From the NCBI GenBank assembly GCA_040954595.2, contig JBECUI020000039.1:1-64000 (forward strand): 64,000 nt of DNA, in the 5' to 3' direction. Origin of the DNA: Balanoglossus misakiensis (Eukaryota; Animalia; Hemichordata). The notes under the pieces are model-generated. The model worked only from the letters and a program-made list of their open reading frames with translations, did not search any database and had not been told where the DNA came from. This document shows, piece by piece, positions 40,132-50,447 of this stretch (position 1 is the first letter of the stretch; each line of letters starts with the position of its first letter). The translations under genes and the position numbers were made by a program.

Positions 40132-41134
40132 TCTAGTAGTAAACCAGATCCGTTCTGTCATGCAACAAACAAGATGGTGTACTGATTTCATCGATTTCTG
40201 CGCTGAAGGGGAATACAATACAAACTACCGTATTCACACCCACGGCAGCTCTTATTTGTTTCGAATAAATAAGAGCAGTCAAACCAATAAAGAAAAACAA
40301 GTTGAGTACGAATATCGGGTGCTTGAACTCTTGGCAGACAGCGGATACACCCCGCGTCCCCACCTCTTATTTTGTCCACAAAACGGCTTTGATGATAATC
40401 AGGTATTTGATACTGTCGATGCATTTAACTATGCTGCAACTTGTTTCCCAAAGGGTTTCATGCTAACAGAATACATTTCCGGTGCATGCATAACCTATCA
40501 GGACTCATATCCGGATATTGCCCTTGCTCTTGCCAGCATTCACCGCTATTCGCAACGTTATAATAACACTATCCCATTGGACAAACAGCCCGATCCCGTG
40601 CATTCCCTTCTCGATGAAAGCGAAGAACGCCTGACCTTGTTCCCCGACCATCCAAAAAAAAAGATCGCAGATCATTTACATGCAAGTATTGATGCCATTC
40701 GTTCACAACCTATCAATTATAACTCTCAGCCCGCCTGTATTATCAATACGGAACTAAACAGTGGCAATATTATTGCAAGAAGCGACCGAACAATCATTGT
40801 TGATTGGGAAAAGGCAGTCTACTCCTTACCGTATCAGGATCTGGCTCATTTTCTTATTCCCACTACAACCTTATGGAAGAGCTCATTTCAATTTTCCGAA
40901 GAAGAAGAACTAAATTTTTGCCAAACATACCTCTCACACCATGCCATTGATGATATCGATACCCTTCTTCTTACCATATCGGCATTCAAAAAATCCGTGA
41001 TGCTCCGTGCAATGAGCTGGTGTTATACTGCATGGTATGAACATGCCCGGGGGATCAGGCGACTGCAAGACAATGCTACCCTTGATGTTATAAACCGGTA
41101 CTTTGCAAACATTGAGTCCTTGCTTCCGATATGA
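40103..41134 (+). CDS. Aminoglycoside-phosphotransferase/choline-kinase-like protein
   Basis: EGEYNTNY, EYEYRVLE, INTELNSGN in place of HxDxxxxN, IVDWE, QDLAHF. Confidence 0.85.
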   Translation: MMMSKQRKNDLVVNQIRSVMQQTRWCTDFIDFCAEGEYNTNYRIHTHGSSYLFRINKSSQTNKEKQVEYEYRVLELLADSGYTPRPHLLFCPQNGFDDNQVFDTVDAFNYAATCFPKGFMLTEYISGACITYQDSYPDIALALASIHRYSQRYNNTIPLDKQPDPVHSLLDESEERLTLFPDHPKKKIADHLHASIDAIRSQPINYNSQPACIINTELNSGNIIARSDRTIIVDWEKAVYSLPYQDLAHFLIPTTTLWKSSFQFSEEEELNFCQTYLSHHAIDDIDTLLLTISAFKKSVMLRAMSWCYTAWYEHARGIRRLQDNATLDVINRYFANIESLLPI

Positions 41135-41821
41135 GTACTATTACAATTATCATTCCTGTTTTTAGGGAAGAAAACATTATCTACTCAACAATTCACCACC
41201 TTTCGACCTGCCTTCATATTGAGACTGCAGAAATTATTATTGTTGACGGCAACCGGGGAAGCACCTTAAAATATCTTCCCGCCGGATTGCCGATTCAAAC
41301 ACTCATTACGGAACCGGGACGAGCTCGCCAAATGAATGCCGGCGCTGCAAAAGCCAGTGCCCCTGTTCTTGTTTTTCTCCATGCAGACTCAAAGCCCCCA
41401 CGCAGTTTTATACCCTTGATCCTCAAAGCAGTGCAAGAACGCCCGGCGGGAGCATTTAATCTACGCATTGCAAGCAAAAATATGATTATCCGTATGATAG
41501 GTGATATTGCAACTCTGCGAACCTATATTACTCGTCTTCCCTTCGGTGACCAAGGACAATTCTTTACAAAGGAACTCTTTACCCGTATAGGAGGCTACCC
41601 ATCCGTACCGGTAATGGGAAGATGTATTAATAATGAAGTCGTTAAGAAAACGCCGCATTCCCATTACCCTTCTGTATCCATCTATGTTTACCTCGGACAG
41701 AAGGTGGAGAAGCGAGGGAATATGCCGCTGTACACTACGGAACTGGTATCTCCAGATGCTGGCGACTTGCAATATTGATCCGAGCTTATTAACACGATGG
41801 TATCCTATACAAAAAAAATAA
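41131..41821 (+). CDS. TIGR04283-type GT2 glycosyltransferase with a one-base insertion at 41616-41618
   Basis: IIIPVFRE, IVDG, GRARQMNAGA, FLHADS, PFGDQG; MEDV and TSDRRW are restored by removing one G (229 aa). Confidence 0.88.
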
Positions 41822-42450
41822 AACATGTTATTATCTTCTACAGAGCACTTTTTGAGCACAGAGTTAAAACGAGGCTGGCAGAGGGATTAGATAATTCAGA
41901 TGCCCTTGCCTGTTATCGGCTGATGTTAGAGTACATTGAGCAGGAGACGAAAGGACGGTCCTATACGGTTATCCATGCAATTGATCAACCTGCAACCCTA
42001 AGTCGGTGTTTTTGGACGCCTGATATGATACAGCTTGGGGAAAACTTGGTAACAAGAATGCATTATGCCCTTAACTCGGTCGCACGTGAAACAAAAGGAA
42101 AAGTAATACTAATGGGAAGCGATATACCAGATATTAGACATGAGGATATAGAAGATGCATTTGCGTCACTGGACAATGCGGATTTGTATATCCTACCCTG
42201 TAGTGATAACGGGTACGGTCTGATCGGCATGAGTTCTCCCTGCGATAAGATACTGATTGATGATTCTGAAGGATCGGTATCAGCCCTCCTAAATCAGGCA
42301 AAAACTGCTGGGTACAGCGTAAGTATCGGTAGAACTGTAAATGACATTGATACGGTCGACGACCTCCGTACTTTTCTCAGAAAAGCAAACAAAACAAAAA
42401 AACAGGAAGAACTCTGTTCTTCCTTTAGGCAGGTAATACAAAAAAAATGA
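41797..42450 (+). CDS. TIGR04282/DUF2064-type (CofC-like) transferase
   Basis: VKTRLA, QLGENLVTRM, LMGSDIP, PCSDNGYGLIG, DIDTVDDL. Confidence 0.88.
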   Translation: MVSYTKKIKHVIIFYRALFEHRVKTRLAEGLDNSDALACYRLMLEYIEQETKGRSYTVIHAIDQPATLSRCFWTPDMIQLGENLVTRMHYALNSVARETKGKVILMGSDIPDIRHEDIEDAFASLDNADLYILPCSDNGYGLIGMSSPCDKILIDDSEGSVSALLNQAKTAGYSVSIGRTVNDIDTVDDLRTFLRKANKTKKQEELCSSFRQVIQKK

Positions 42451-44219
42451 AACGATTACGAAAAACAAAAATTATTGCAACGATTGGACCCGCATCGGAA
42501 ACGATAGAAGTTATGGAAGAGCTACTACGAGCTGGCATGAATATTGCTCGCTTTAATTTTAGCCATAGCACCCATAAGAGCCATAAAAAAAACATTGATA
42601 CGTTACGACAGGCAAGCAAGAACACTGGAATACCAGTTGCTCTCCTGCTTGATACCAAGGGCCCACAAATTCGTACTGGTCAGATAGCAGAGGACGCTAC
42701 CCTCACACTTACGAACAATCATCAAATTATTCTTACAACCGATGACATACCCTGTACACAGGAAAGGTTAAGCATTAACTACAAAAACCTTCCGCAGGAA
42801 ATATCCGTCGGGCATCATGTATTAATTGCAGATGGACTCGTAGACCTTCTTGTGGACAAGGTTGTGGACAATGAAATTCACTGCACAGTCAAAAATGGCG
42901 GGAGTTTTCGCTCCTACAAAAATGTCAGCATACCAGGTTTGAATCTTGCCATTTCCGCTATAACCGATACCGATTATGACGATATACACTTTGCCATACA
43001 AGAAGACATGGACTTTATAGCCATATCCTTCGTGCAAACTGCACAGGATGTAGAAGGGCTCCAGAATATCCTGGACCAATACGATTCAAAGATCAAGGCA
43101 TTGGCCAAGATAGAGAGCCGATCAGGACTGAACAACATTGCTTCCATAGCTCAAACAGCACATGGGGTCATGGTTGCCCGCGGCGATCTTGGCATACAGA
43201 TCAATCCTGAAGAAGTTCCTATTGCCCAAAAAAGAATTATACGAACATGCAATATTCTTGGTAAGGTAGTCATTACAGCTACACAGATGTTGGAATCAAT
43301 GGTGTACAATTCCAGGCCTACACGTGCAGAGGCAAGTGATGTCGCAAATGCCATTCTTGACGGAACGGATGCGGTAATGCTATCGGGTGAAACGGCAAGT
43401 GGACAACATCCAGCTGCCTCGGTAACAATGATGCATACCATTGCCTTGGATGTTGAGAACTCGATAGAGTTTCAAGAAACGCATAAACATACATTTACTC
43501 ACACAAAGAGTACTGGACTTGCTGTTGCAAAAACTGCATACCAACTTGCCAAAGACATTAATGCAAGTGCAATCCTTACCCCAAGTCTTCGTGGAAACAC
43601 ACCCTTGACAATATCCAAGTTTCGCCCTCTTGCACCTATTATTGCCATATCACCATCAGAGACTGTTTGTCGACAACTTCTGCTCTGCTGGGGAGTAGAA
43701 CCATTTATTACCAAGTATGAAACCGACCACGAGTTACTCATACGCAAAGCCCTGCAACTCGCAAAAGAAAAACATATTATTCAATCGGGTGAGCGAATTG
43801 TCAGTATAGCCGGCGTGCCACTGGATGGGCCGGCCCTGCTCAATTCTGTGCGTGTTCATTTTTACGGCAAGATTATCTGTCGAGCGGCTGACGGCATGGG
43901 ACAGAATGTACACGGTCCAATCTACACGGCTGATACAGTCGAGGAAGCATCCTCTGCCCTTCTTAAGAACAAAGAAATCATTTTGTTAATAAACAAGATA
44001 GACAATACATGGGACAAGATTTTTCATCGGGCAAAGGGAATGATTTGCAGACAACGAGTCCGAAACTTACCTGAAATGCGTAAGAACTTTCCACATCTCA
44101 CCATCATCTGCGGTATACACAGTTCCCTGACTTCACTGAAATCCAGCCAACTGATATATATTGATGGTGCTGAATGCATTGCGTACGAAGACGTTTCCGA
44201 CGAAGCCTACGGCCAGTAG
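42447..44219 (+). CDS. pyk: Pyruvate kinase with C-terminal extension
   Basis: KTKIIATIGPAS, LDTKGP, AKIE, MVARGDLG, TATQMLESM, MLSGETA. Confidence 0.97.
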   Translation: MKRLRKTKIIATIGPASETIEVMEELLRAGMNIARFNFSHSTHKSHKKNIDTLRQASKNTGIPVALLLDTKGPQIRTGQIAEDATLTLTNNHQIILTTDDIPCTQERLSINYKNLPQEISVGHHVLIADGLVDLLVDKVVDNEIHCTVKNGGSFRSYKNVSIPGLNLAISAITDTDYDDIHFAIQEDMDFIAISFVQTAQDVEGLQNILDQYDSKIKALAKIESRSGLNNIASIAQTAHGVMVARGDLGIQINPEEVPIAQKRIIRTCNILGKVVITATQMLESMVYNSRPTRAEASDVANAILDGTDAVMLSGETASGQHPAASVTMMHTIALDVENSIEFQETHKHTFTHTKSTGLAVAKTAYQLAKDINASAILTPSLRGNTPLTISKFRPLAPIIAISPSETVCRQLLLCWGVEPFITKYETDHELLIRKALQLAKEKHIIQSGERIVSIAGVPLDGPALLNSVRVHFYGKIICRAADGMGQNVHGPIYTADTVEEASSALLKNKEIILLINKIDNTWDKIFHRAKGMICRQRVRNLPEMRKNFPHLTIICGIHSSLTSLKSSQLIYIDGAECIAYEDVSDEAYGQ

Positions 44220-45463
44220 ATTCGATCAATTTTTACAAGCACATCTGCTGCCTCTTGTAGGGTAGAATACTCTTTCATTGCAACCATTGCTACACAAAGA
44301 TTCCCTACCAGATCGGCTTCATACACTGCAGGAACCTGTATGGCTTCCCTAATACAGCTACATTTATATTGTACCCAATCAGTATTGCGGCAATCTCCCC
44401 CACATAGGCGGATGGGACCATTAACATGATATCCGTTGCTGCTCAATCGATCCAGTACAACCCTGACCGACGAGGCCAAATGATACAACATTGATGCGAT
44501 CCGTTTCTTTTTTTCTTCGATGCTATACCCTCCCAACATCTCCACTAGTGTTTCATAATGGGAATGCGTATTGCCGCTTACCATAGATGTTTCTTCTGCT
44601 GTCAGTGCACCAGGCTCGGTTGTGTATTGCACATCGTGCTGCTTTGCAAGCAAAAACAACTGTTGCAAGATCCGACCGCTCCACGGCCGAAGAGATGCCA
44701 GAGTATAGACACCTTCTACGATATGTGGAAGTGTGCCTTCAATGGGTTCAGAAATACAATAATTAATACCCTCAGAAGTTCCGCACCTATCACAAAGCTG
44801 ACCGGAGCGTAAGGTATTTGTTCCCACCATGCTCATAAGATAATCGACTCCTGAGCAAATAATAGGAATGCCCTGCGGCAATGAAAAGTTTTCAGCTGCC
44901 TTTTGCGAAGTTTTTCCAATAATTTCACAGACACCGGCGGATCGAGGGAAGAGGTTCGGAGATACACCATATGCTACCATGCCCGATTGATGCCAAACAT
45001 ACGGACGATAGGACTCACTGGGCACAATATGAACGGGATCAGCCCCCAGTACATGGGCAATATACTCAGGAAGAGGAAGAAATGTAGCTAACTCTGCATC
45101 TAATGCTTTCTGTACAATCCAGGCGGCTTTGGGCAAATAGTACGAAGGTTCTCCTGCCCGACGAATTTCACGATTATCGTACCAGGGCAAGATGGGAGAA
45201 ATGACCTGCCCACTTTTATCCAGAGGAATAAGAGTGGGACCCTGACCACTGACAACAATACAGTCTATCCGGTATCTGCCTGCAAACTGACGAAGAAGTT
45301 TTCGTAAAGGATCGAGCCACATAGAAGCTGTCCAATTGGCAGGCAAGTTTTCATACGGAACGAGAACATGGTCGATAATGTTACATGCATCTCCCTGAAA
45401 TGTAAAAAGACCAGCCTTGAGACGGTATGTGCCAATATCAAGGCAGAGAATACAGTTTTGCAT
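44207..45463 (-). CDS. FGGY-family carbohydrate kinase
   Basis: LDIGTYRLK, SGQGPT, WYDNR, GTSEG, LCGG. Confidence 0.87.
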   Translation of the reverse strand: MQNCILCLDIGTYRLKAGLFTFQGDACNIIDHVLVPYENLPANWTASMWLDPLRKLLRQFAGRYRIDCIVVSGQGPTLIPLDKSGQVISPILPWYDNREIRRAGEPSYYLPKAAWIVQKALDAELATFLPLPEYIAHVLGADPVHIVPSESYRPYVWHQSGMVAYGVSPNLFPRSAGVCEIIGKTSQKAAENFSLPQGIPIICSGVDYLMSMVGTNTLRSGQLCDRCGTSEGINYCISEPIEGTLPHIVEGVYTLASLRPWSGRILQQLFLLAKQHDVQYTTEPGALTAEETSMVSGNTHSHYETLVEMLGGYSIEEKKKRIASMLYHLASSVRVVLDRLSSNGYHVNGPIRLCGGDCRNTDWVQYKCSCIREAIQVPAVYEADLVGNLCVAMVAMKEYSTLQEAADVLVKIDRIYWP

Positions 45464-45468
45464 ACTGA

Positions 45469-45497
45469 ATAATAACGTATTATATGTAGGCAGGCAA
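45469..45497 (-). promoter_or_regulatory. Probable leaderless promoter of the FGGY kinase gene
   Basis: TTGCCT-17-TATTAT-5 nt-ATG, no SD. Confidence 0.55.
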
Positions 45498-45502
45498 TGC
45501 TC

Positions 45503-46996
45503 TTATATAAAATTACCCTGTTTCCTAAAAAAAACAGCTTCCTGCAATGCCTCTTCGCTTATCATACTGTTTCCGTCTAAATCGGAAATTGTACGTGCTA
45601 CCAATATGATGGATCGTATTGCACGCTGTGAAACTTCTTTCCGTACATCTTCCAAGACGCTCCTCGCCTTATCTGAGACCGGACAAAATTTTTCTATTTC
45701 TGCCTGTGGAATCCGAGCATTCCAGAAAAAAGAGCTTGCATGGAAACGTGCCTTTTGTGCTTCAACTGCTCTATATACGCTTTTACGCATACCTTGTATG
45801 CCTGCAGGTCCCATGGGTACATTGCAGCGTTTATCCTCCCGCATCTGCAATCGAAGGTCAATTCTATCCAGCATAGCAGCACCAATTTTCCGCCAGTAAC
45901 GAAATATATCTTGTTCGCTACAAAGACAGATCGATTGAGCACTGCCAAAGGCACCACAGGGACAGAGGTTTGCAGTTATTAATAACTGAAAATCAGCAGG
46001 GAACATATATGTTCTTCCTGCACGAACAATATGTACTTGATAGTTCTCCATCGGCTCGCGTAATGCCTGCAAAATTCTCCCACGAAATTCGTTTGCTTCA
46101 TCAAGAAATAAGACACCATAATGCGCTAGCGAAACCTCCCCCGGTAAAACGATCTTCCCACCTCCAACCATTCCTTCCAAAGTTGCAGAATGATGTGGTG
46201 CCCGAAAGACACGCCGAGAAATCAATCCCTGCTTGCCTGCATTGCTATCAATCAATGAATGGATCCTCGTTACTTCAGATGATTCATGAAATGATAACTT
46301 CGGCAAAAGCGATGGCAAGCGCCTGCAAAGCATGCTTTTTCCTATCCCGGGCGGACCACTTAAAAGCAGGCTATGTCGTCCTGCCGCAGCAATTTGCATT
46401 AACCGACAGGCACATTCTTGTCCACTGACATCAGAAAAATCGGGCAAAACAGGACCTGTATCCTGCAAGAGTTCCACTGCTTTGCCAAGACCGTGATGAA
46501 ATTGTGGTGGCTGCAATATTTCTGAAAGCCGAGACAATGTTGCATAATAGCCCGCGCTTTCCGATCTGGCTTCTCTGAGATTGCTTTGCGGAAAGAGAAA
46601 ATAATTTATATTTCTTTTAATGCCACTATTTATGGCCGCCAAAACCGCATGAACAGCACGCACAGTACCATCCAGGCAGAGTTCACCAAGAACCATAAGC
46701 CCAGTAGGCAAAGTCAGGGGCAACTGCCCGCTCTGCTGCAGAATAGCAACTGCAATTGCCAAGTCAAAGGCAACACCGTATTTTTTCAGACCAGCGGGAG
46801 CAAGATTGACAACTATACGTTTTTGTGGATAATGAAATCCGCTATTTCGAATCGCAACCTTAATGCGCTCACGAGACTCACGTATTTCACTACCTGGTAG
46901 CCCAATAATATCAAAGCCGGGAATGCTGTTACGCAAGTCGACTTCAACGGTAACCACAACACCTGCATAGCCCATAACGGAATAACTATAAATCAC
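45503..46996 (-). CDS. comM: YifB/ComM Mg-chelatase-like AAA+ ATPase
   Basis: VNLAPA, GELCLDG, GPPGIGKS, FRAPHH, LFLDE, NLCPCG, LDRIDL. Confidence 0.9.
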   Translation of the reverse strand: MIYSYSVMGYAGVVVTVEVDLRNSIPGFDIIGLPGSEIRESRERIKVAIRNSGFHYPQKRIVVNLAPAGLKKYGVAFDLAIAVAILQQSGQLPLTLPTGLMVLGELCLDGTVRAVHAVLAAINSGIKRNINYFLFPQSNLREARSESAGYYATLSRLSEILQPPQFHHGLGKAVELLQDTGPVLPDFSDVSGQECACRLMQIAAAGRHSLLLSGPPGIGKSMLCRRLPSLLPKLSFHESSEVTRIHSLIDSNAGKQGLISRRVFRAPHHSATLEGMVGGGKIVLPGEVSLAHYGVLFLDEANEFRGRILQALREPMENYQVHIVRAGRTYMFPADFQLLITANLCPCGAFGSAQSICLCSEQDIFRYWRKIGAAMLDRIDLRLQMREDKRCNVPMGPAGIQGMRKSVYRAVEAQKARFHASSFFWNARIPQAEIEKFCPVSDKARSVLEDVRKEVSQRAIRSIILVARTISDLDGNSMISEEALQEAVFFRKQGNFI

Positions 46997-47029
46997 TAGT
47001 TATAATACCGCAAGATGGCTAGCAGTGCT

Positions 47030-47479
47030 TCAATTATCCCAACCCGCCTGTATGCGATAGCGTACAAGGCTATCACAGAGATCATTGTAGTAAATATTAC
47101 TATGTCCGGGAATCCAGTTCCATGTAATATTCTGTCCCTGTACAAGTACAAGCAGTTCTTGCCAAAGTTCCTTGTTTTTCACGGGATTTCGGTCAGAAGT
47201 CTTCCAGCCATTCTGCTGCCATGTTTCTGTCCATATAGTAATACCCTTCTGCACATATACCGAATCGGTATTCATTATAACATCCTGTCCAATGTCAAAG
47301 TTTTGAGCAAGGTACTCAAGTGCTCGTATTACTGCTGTGAGTTCCATACGATTATTTGTTGTATCAGGAACATAGCCTGTTACCTTTTTTTCCAGTGACT
47401 CATGCAATAAAACAAAGGCCCAAGCTCCAGATCCAGGATTGTTTCGGCAGCCTCCATCTGTATAAATTGTAATTGGCAT
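47030..47479 (-). CDS. rnhA: Ribonuclease HI
   Basis: YTDGGCRNNPG, TTNNRMEL, TDS, VKNKELW, GHS. Confidence 0.97.
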   Translation of the reverse strand: MPITIYTDGGCRNNPGSGAWAFVLLHESLEKKVTGYVPDTTNNRMELTAVIRALEYLAQNFDIGQDVIMNTDSVYVQKGITIWTETWQQNGWKTSDRNPVKNKELWQELLVLVQGQNITWNWIPGHSNIYYNDLCDSLVRYRIQAGWDN

Positions 47480-48108
47480 TATTTCCCCGTAATATAAAAA
47501 CTAATATCATTTGGTAGATAATTGTCGTAGCTCGCTACTTTGTAAGCACGAAGCAACTCAAATATTTTTGTCTTGGAATAGTAAAAGAAAGCCCGCTCTT
47601 GATGCGAAGATTTATCGGAAAGCATATTAACAAAAAATGAGTTTGAAATTTCTAATGTCCTCTGCACACAGCGCATAAGCATAGCATAATTATCCGATAT
47701 GCGAAGATTAAAAACCCCAGATGCAAAAACAATATCAAACCGAAGAGCATCTAGTTCTTGGCTAAAAATATCACCTAAAAACCACTTAAGATCAGGGTAA
47801 CGTAGAGTTGCTTTTCTAATCATAAATGGCAGTATATCAATACCTGTATACTGTATTACACAGCCTTTTTTCTGCAAAAACGCATACAGATCTCCCTCGC
47901 CACAACCCAGATCCAACAAACGCATGCCAGGTTGCAAATAATTCAGTAAAACTTGAAAACGACTTTCTTGGGTAACAGTGCTTTCCCATCCATAGCGTTC
48001 ATGTGCCTGTGGTAATTTCTGAAGAACTTGATAAAAGCGTTTATTCTTCTCCAAGTCGGCTTCGTATTTAGGCAAACCTATTCTAAACCGATGAATAGAA
48101 TTACTCAT
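47479..48108 (-). CDS. Class I SAM-dependent methyltransferase
   Basis: LLDLGCGEG, YTGIDI, FDIVFASGVFN. Confidence 0.9.
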   Translation of the reverse strand: MSNSIHRFRIGLPKYEADLEKNKRFYQVLQKLPQAHERYGWESTVTQESRFQVLLNYLQPGMRLLDLGCGEGDLYAFLQKKGCVIQYTGIDILPFMIRKATLRYPDLKWFLGDIFSQELDALRFDIVFASGVFNLRISDNYAMLMRCVQRTLEISNSFFVNMLSDKSSHQERAFFYYSKTKIFELLRAYKVASYDNYLPNDISFYITGK

Positions 48109-48110
48109 AG

Positions 48111-48638
48111 TTACTCGGTTTTTTCTTTCTCTGTTATAGAATTAGCAGAATTTTCAGTAGATTCCTTTAATGTTTTTTCAGTTTTCGTTTTTTCAGTTTC
48201 CGATTTCGTTTTTTCAGTTTTCGTTTTTTCAGTTTTCGCAGTTTGTTTTCCAGTTTTCTTTGATTTTTCAGGTATCTTTTTTTCAGTTCTCTCAACTAAT
48301 TCAATAAGAACCATCTCGGAGGAGTCAGCCCTTTGACCTAATTTCAGAATGCGTGTATATCCACCAGGTCGTTTAAGAAAACGCGGACCAATAACAGAAA
48401 ACAACTTATCAGCAACGGCTTTATCTTGAATGTCACGTGCAACAAGCCGCCGATTATGAATGGTAGCAGTTCTCGACCGAGTAATCATTTTTTCAGCTAA
48501 AGGACGAAGCACTGTAGCTTTTGCCTTCGTCGTCCGCATACGCTCATAGCGAAAAAGAGAAATCAACATGTTGCGTAACATAGCTTTTCGATGTGCGGGT
48601 TTACGTCCCAATCTATTCAATGCATTCTTATGTCTCAT
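48111..48638 (-). CDS. rplQ: 50S ribosomal protein L17 with KTE-repeat tail
   Basis: MRH..LGRKPAHRKAM, RPGGYTRI. Confidence 0.97.
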   Translation of the reverse strand: MRHKNALNRLGRKPAHRKAMLRNMLISLFRYERMRTTKAKATVLRPLAEKMITRSRTATIHNRRLVARDIQDKAVADKLFSVIGPRFLKRPGGYTRILKLGQRADSSEMVLIELVERTEKKIPEKSKKTGKQTAKTEKTKTEKTKSETEKTKTEKTLKESTENSANSITEKEKTE

Positions 48639-48645
48639 TAGGCAC

Positions 48646-49689
48646 TCATTTCTTTTTAGTTTTTTCTTCTGCAGAAAAGAAAAGATTACGGTCTTTCATC
48701 TTTTCTTTAATTTCTACAAGTGATTTCTTCCCAAAATTCTTAATGGTTACTATATCACTTTCTTTCTTTGCAATAAGTTCACCAATTGTCTCAACCCCTT
48801 CGCTCCGTAGACAATTACTCGACCGAACGGATAACTCAAGCTCATCAATACTTGTTTCCTTCAGCTTTTGTAGTTGAAGCAATTCCAAACTATCACCCAA
48901 GGGTTGAACAGGATTGTCTTCATAAAAATTAATAAAAATAGATAAACAATCCTTCAAAAATTTTGCTGCCTCACCAAGAGCAGTCATAGGAGAAATGGTG
49001 CCGTTTGTCCATATCTCCATCTCTATACGATCATAATCGTTTCTTGAACCTACTCTCGTATTAACAATGCTAAAGCGCACTCTCTCAATAGGTGAAAAAA
49101 TTGAATCAAGAAGTATAACTCCAATTGCTTCCGTCTCAGCTCTAAGGTCTGCAGGTACATAACCCCTTCCAAATTCTACCTGCAATTCTATGTCTAATTT
49201 CGCATCTTCCATAAGACTAAAGAGGTAATGTTCAGGGTTAAAAACAACAAGGGTATCCTGCTCTAGTGCAGCGGCAGTTACCTCTTGTTTTCCCTCTAGT
49301 GAAATATTAATCATTGCTTGCTTTTCTTCATCTTTAAGCAGTATTGCAAGCTTTTTTAGATTATTAACAATGTTCACCGTATCATCATAGACTCCGGGAA
49401 TTGATTCAAATTCACTTGATATTGTATGCGCTACCCCATCTTTGTCATAACTTGTAATTTTAACAGCGGTAACTGCATAACCGGAAATAGATGAAATAAG
49501 GGTTCGCCTCAATGCATTCGCTATCGTTGTGCCATACCCACGTTCAAATGGATGAACAATACATTTTCCGTAGGATTCTGATACATCTAATGGCTCGAAA
49601 ACAATATTAGTGGGTAAATAAAATCCTTCCATAAGATATTTTCGTTGCTTCTTCGTATTCGAACCCTGTTGTTTATTGCTTTGATTCAT
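48646..49689 (-). CDS. rpoA: RNA polymerase alpha subunit
   Basis: PFERGYGTTIANALRR, ELSVRSSNCL, NFGKKSL. Confidence 0.98.
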   Translation of the reverse strand: MNQSNKQQGSNTKKQRKYLMEGFYLPTNIVFEPLDVSESYGKCIVHPFERGYGTTIANALRRTLISSISGYAVTAVKITSYDKDGVAHTISSEFESIPGVYDDTVNIVNNLKKLAILLKDEEKQAMINISLEGKQEVTAAALEQDTLVVFNPEHYLFSLMEDAKLDIELQVEFGRGYVPADLRAETEAIGVILLDSIFSPIERVRFSIVNTRVGSRNDYDRIEMEIWTNGTISPMTALGEAAKFLKDCLSIFINFYEDNPVQPLGDSLELLQLQKLKETSIDELELSVRSSNCLRSEGVETIGELIAKKESDIVTIKNFGKKSLVEIKEKMKDRNLFFSAEEKTKKK

Positions 49690-49695
49690 TCAGCC

Positions 49696-50070
49696 TTACC
49701 CTCTCCGCAACTTTCTTGGACGACATCCGTTATGCGGCACTGGAGTAATATCGGTTACCGAGCGTAGTCTTAGCCCACTTTCTACAACCGAGCGAATGGC
49801 AGATTCTCTTCCAATGCCCGGACCTTTAACAAAAACATGAACTTCCTGTAGTCCCTGCTCCATCGATTTTTGTACTGCGGTTTGCACAGTAGTACGTGCT
49901 GCATAAGGAGTAGATTTCTTTGCTCCACGGAAACCCAAAGCACCAGCACTACAATTGCCAATGTTATTGCCCTTCAAATCCGTGACCGTTACAATGGTGT
50001 TGTTAAAGGTTGCCTGAATATAGACACGCCCTTCAACAACATTACGCTTCTCTTTTCTTTTTCGTTTCAT
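49696..50070 (-). CDS. rpsK: 30S ribosomal protein S11
   Basis: [23 protein letters not shown]. Confidence 0.98.
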   Translation of the reverse strand: MKRKRKEKRNVVEGRVYIQATFNNTIVTVTDLKGNNIGNCSAGALGFRGAKKSTPYAARTTVQTAVQKSMEQGLQEVHVFVKGPGIGRESAIRSVVESGLRLRSVTDITPVPHNGCRPRKLRRG

Positions 50071-50075
50071 CTATA

Positions 50076-50447
50076 CTATTTACTTCCCCTCTTGCCGGCA
50101 ACAGTCTTTCGCTTGCCCTTACGGGTTCTTGCATTTGTTCGAGTTCGTTGTCCCCGAACAGGTAATCCCTTCCTGTGCCGCAATCCACGATAACAGCCAA
50201 TATCAAGCAGGCGCTTAATATTCATAGAAATTGTCGTACGCAAACGTCCCTCAACGATGTAGTCGTCTTCGATTAACTTCCGTATTACATTAATCTGATC
50301 ATTTGTTAATTCGTTAATATTGATGTGAGGGTCAACTTCAGCTTTTTTACAAATATCAATGGCTAAACTTCGACCTATGCCAAAAACATAGGTTAAAGCA
50401 ATACATACATGTTTATTCGGTAAATCTATACCAGCAATTCTTGGCAT
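50076..50447 (-). CDS. rpsM: 30S ribosomal protein S13
   Basis: [27 protein letters not shown]. Confidence 0.98.
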   Translation of the reverse strand: MPRIAGIDLPNKHVCIALTYVFGIGRSLAIDICKKAEVDPHININELTNDQINVIRKLIEDDYIVEGRLRTTISMNIKRLLDIGCYRGLRHRKGLPVRGQRTRTNARTRKGKRKTVAGKRGSK

